Positions 62,678 to 64,000 of a DNA stretch of 64,000 bases are shown here, piece after piece. The DNA is from Botryllus schlosseri. Lineage: Eukaryota. The position numbers were made by a program, and so were the translations under genes. How positions within the stretch are numbered: the first letter of the stretch is position 1; every line of letters begins with the position of its first letter. The notes beneath the pieces are model-generated. The model saw only the letters and a list, made by a program, of their open reading frames with translations. It searched no databases and was not told the origin of the DNA. The stretch spans positions 9,488,001-9,552,000 of the forward strand of contig CM119372.1 in NCBI GenBank assembly GCA_051294905.1, in the 5' to 3' direction.

Positions 62678-63871
62678 CAGTGGTTCTCAACCTTTTTCAC
62701 CTCGCGGACCGGTAAAATTTCATAAAATGTCCTGGCGGACCGGTGAACTTTCAAAATTGAAATGAAGCTAAAATCTAGAGTATGAAACCGTTTTTTGCAA
62801 TTATATGGTGCTAGCGAGTGACATTTAGCGGGTTATGATCGTAATTAATTAACTTCATGATGGCATCCATGTGATTTTATGGTAGTCAGTCTGCTGAGTG
62901 GAGGTAAAATAGCCTCGTCCAGATAAACGTGGCACCGCCGAGAGTCGTTTATATAGTCTCTCGCGCCGAATGCCATGGGTTTAACCGACCCCGCCAACTC
63001 GAAAAATATTCTTCTCTTTGATAATATCGAGAGAAGAATCGTTTCGGAGTCGAACCAAGCACTTTGTCGTGCTACCTCGATCATGACCCACTGCCACCGG
63101 GCGCATAAGCTACTCTGGCAACTACGAATACAATGCGTGCCGCAAGAAAACACCATACAGCAACTACAGAGAGTTTATGTAGCTTAATCGTGCCAATAGC
63201 GAAAATTTCCGATAACTCATGACTGAATCGGTTTTCTCGCTGACGAATTTTTAGCACATCGTCCAGAGTCCCATGTTAGCCTGAACTTCATTATGTGTTG
63301 GTGCGTCGTGGCGCGGTGATGGCTGACGCCGAAATTCCTATTTCCATAACTCATGCGTATTTCCCGGAGAAGGACACCTAATAAGCAAGACATTTAGTGA
63401 CAATAAATCGCGCAAAGCGCGAAAAGAAATTGAAAAATATTGGAAAAAGTTTTAAAATAATACGCTATGATGTATGTTAATTTGCAAAATAATTTTAGGT
63501 TCTTTTCAAGCTCGGCCCCTCTCCAATCGGGTGGTTTGGGGTGCCCAGTTACGGTCCTGCTGCACAAAATGAAAGAAATCGAAAACGAATGATCGCGATA
63601 ACTGCGCTGTTTAGCGATGAGTCAGCTCGTACCTGTTGTGTACTTGTCGCTCGCATGTTGTCAAATGACACGTCTTGAACTTTGAGTCAAAACGAACATG
63701 TTACCAGCCCTAATGTTACCTCACGAAGTTTTGAATCAGTTTAAAATTTGATGTTTTATTTATTTTATCAATGGATAAGCCTTCGTCATTGCATCTTGAA
63801 TTTAAGGTATAGAATTGAAATATACCTGGCGGACCGGCACCGGTCCGCGGACCGGCGGTTGAGAACCACTG
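62678..63871. mobile_element. Non-autonomous hAT (Buster/Charlie-type) element
   Basis: TIRs CAGTGGTTCTCAACC / GGTTGAGAACCACTG; perfect TSD CTCTACAT; GCGGACCGG subterminal motifs. Confidence 0.9.
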
Positions 63872-64000
63872 CTCTACATCACATTAAAGATAATTTTGTA
63901 TTCTTTCGACCATACCTATTTCATTGTACTTTGTGACAATGCTGTGGGTTAATCACGAAATCACAGATATGTCATTTCCATCTAACGTGCGTACCTGCGT

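Overview
AT-rich, intron-containing animal genomic DNA, most likely from an ascidian/tunicate. That is an inference from the many 56-80 nt introns, an invertebrate muscle-alpha1-type nAChR and a Tbx6-type site. The supplied ORF track is mostly uninformative, so I rebuilt genes by hand from GT-AG splice sites and codon phases. Four genes are well supported. (1) An amphiphysin/BIN1 gene (+, 2261-14420) with a 2-kb acidic exon rich in endocytic motifs. (2) A 9-exon, ~289-aa four-TM LAPTM4/Mtp-like gene (+, 16417-18668), almost invisible in the ORF track. (3) A muscle-type nicotinic acetylcholine receptor alpha1-like gene (+, 19413-30655) with unusual binding-pocket substitutions. (4) A ~1000-aa secreted mosaic protein (-, 43089 to ~33500) with trefoil-like Cys modules, Q/Y/H-rich and G/S/L-rich low-complexity tracts, and a trypsin-like domain lacking catalytic His and Ser; this is the most novel object here. 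Weaker calls are a decayed GalNAc-transferase-like remnant (-, ~43170-46490) and a type II membrane protein first exon (+, 62255). Introns and intergenic DNA are dense with non-autonomous TIR elements carrying 8-bp TSDs (several nested), a tRNA-derived SINE, CR1/L2-type LINE fragments and Penelope-like ends with a hammerhead-like motif.
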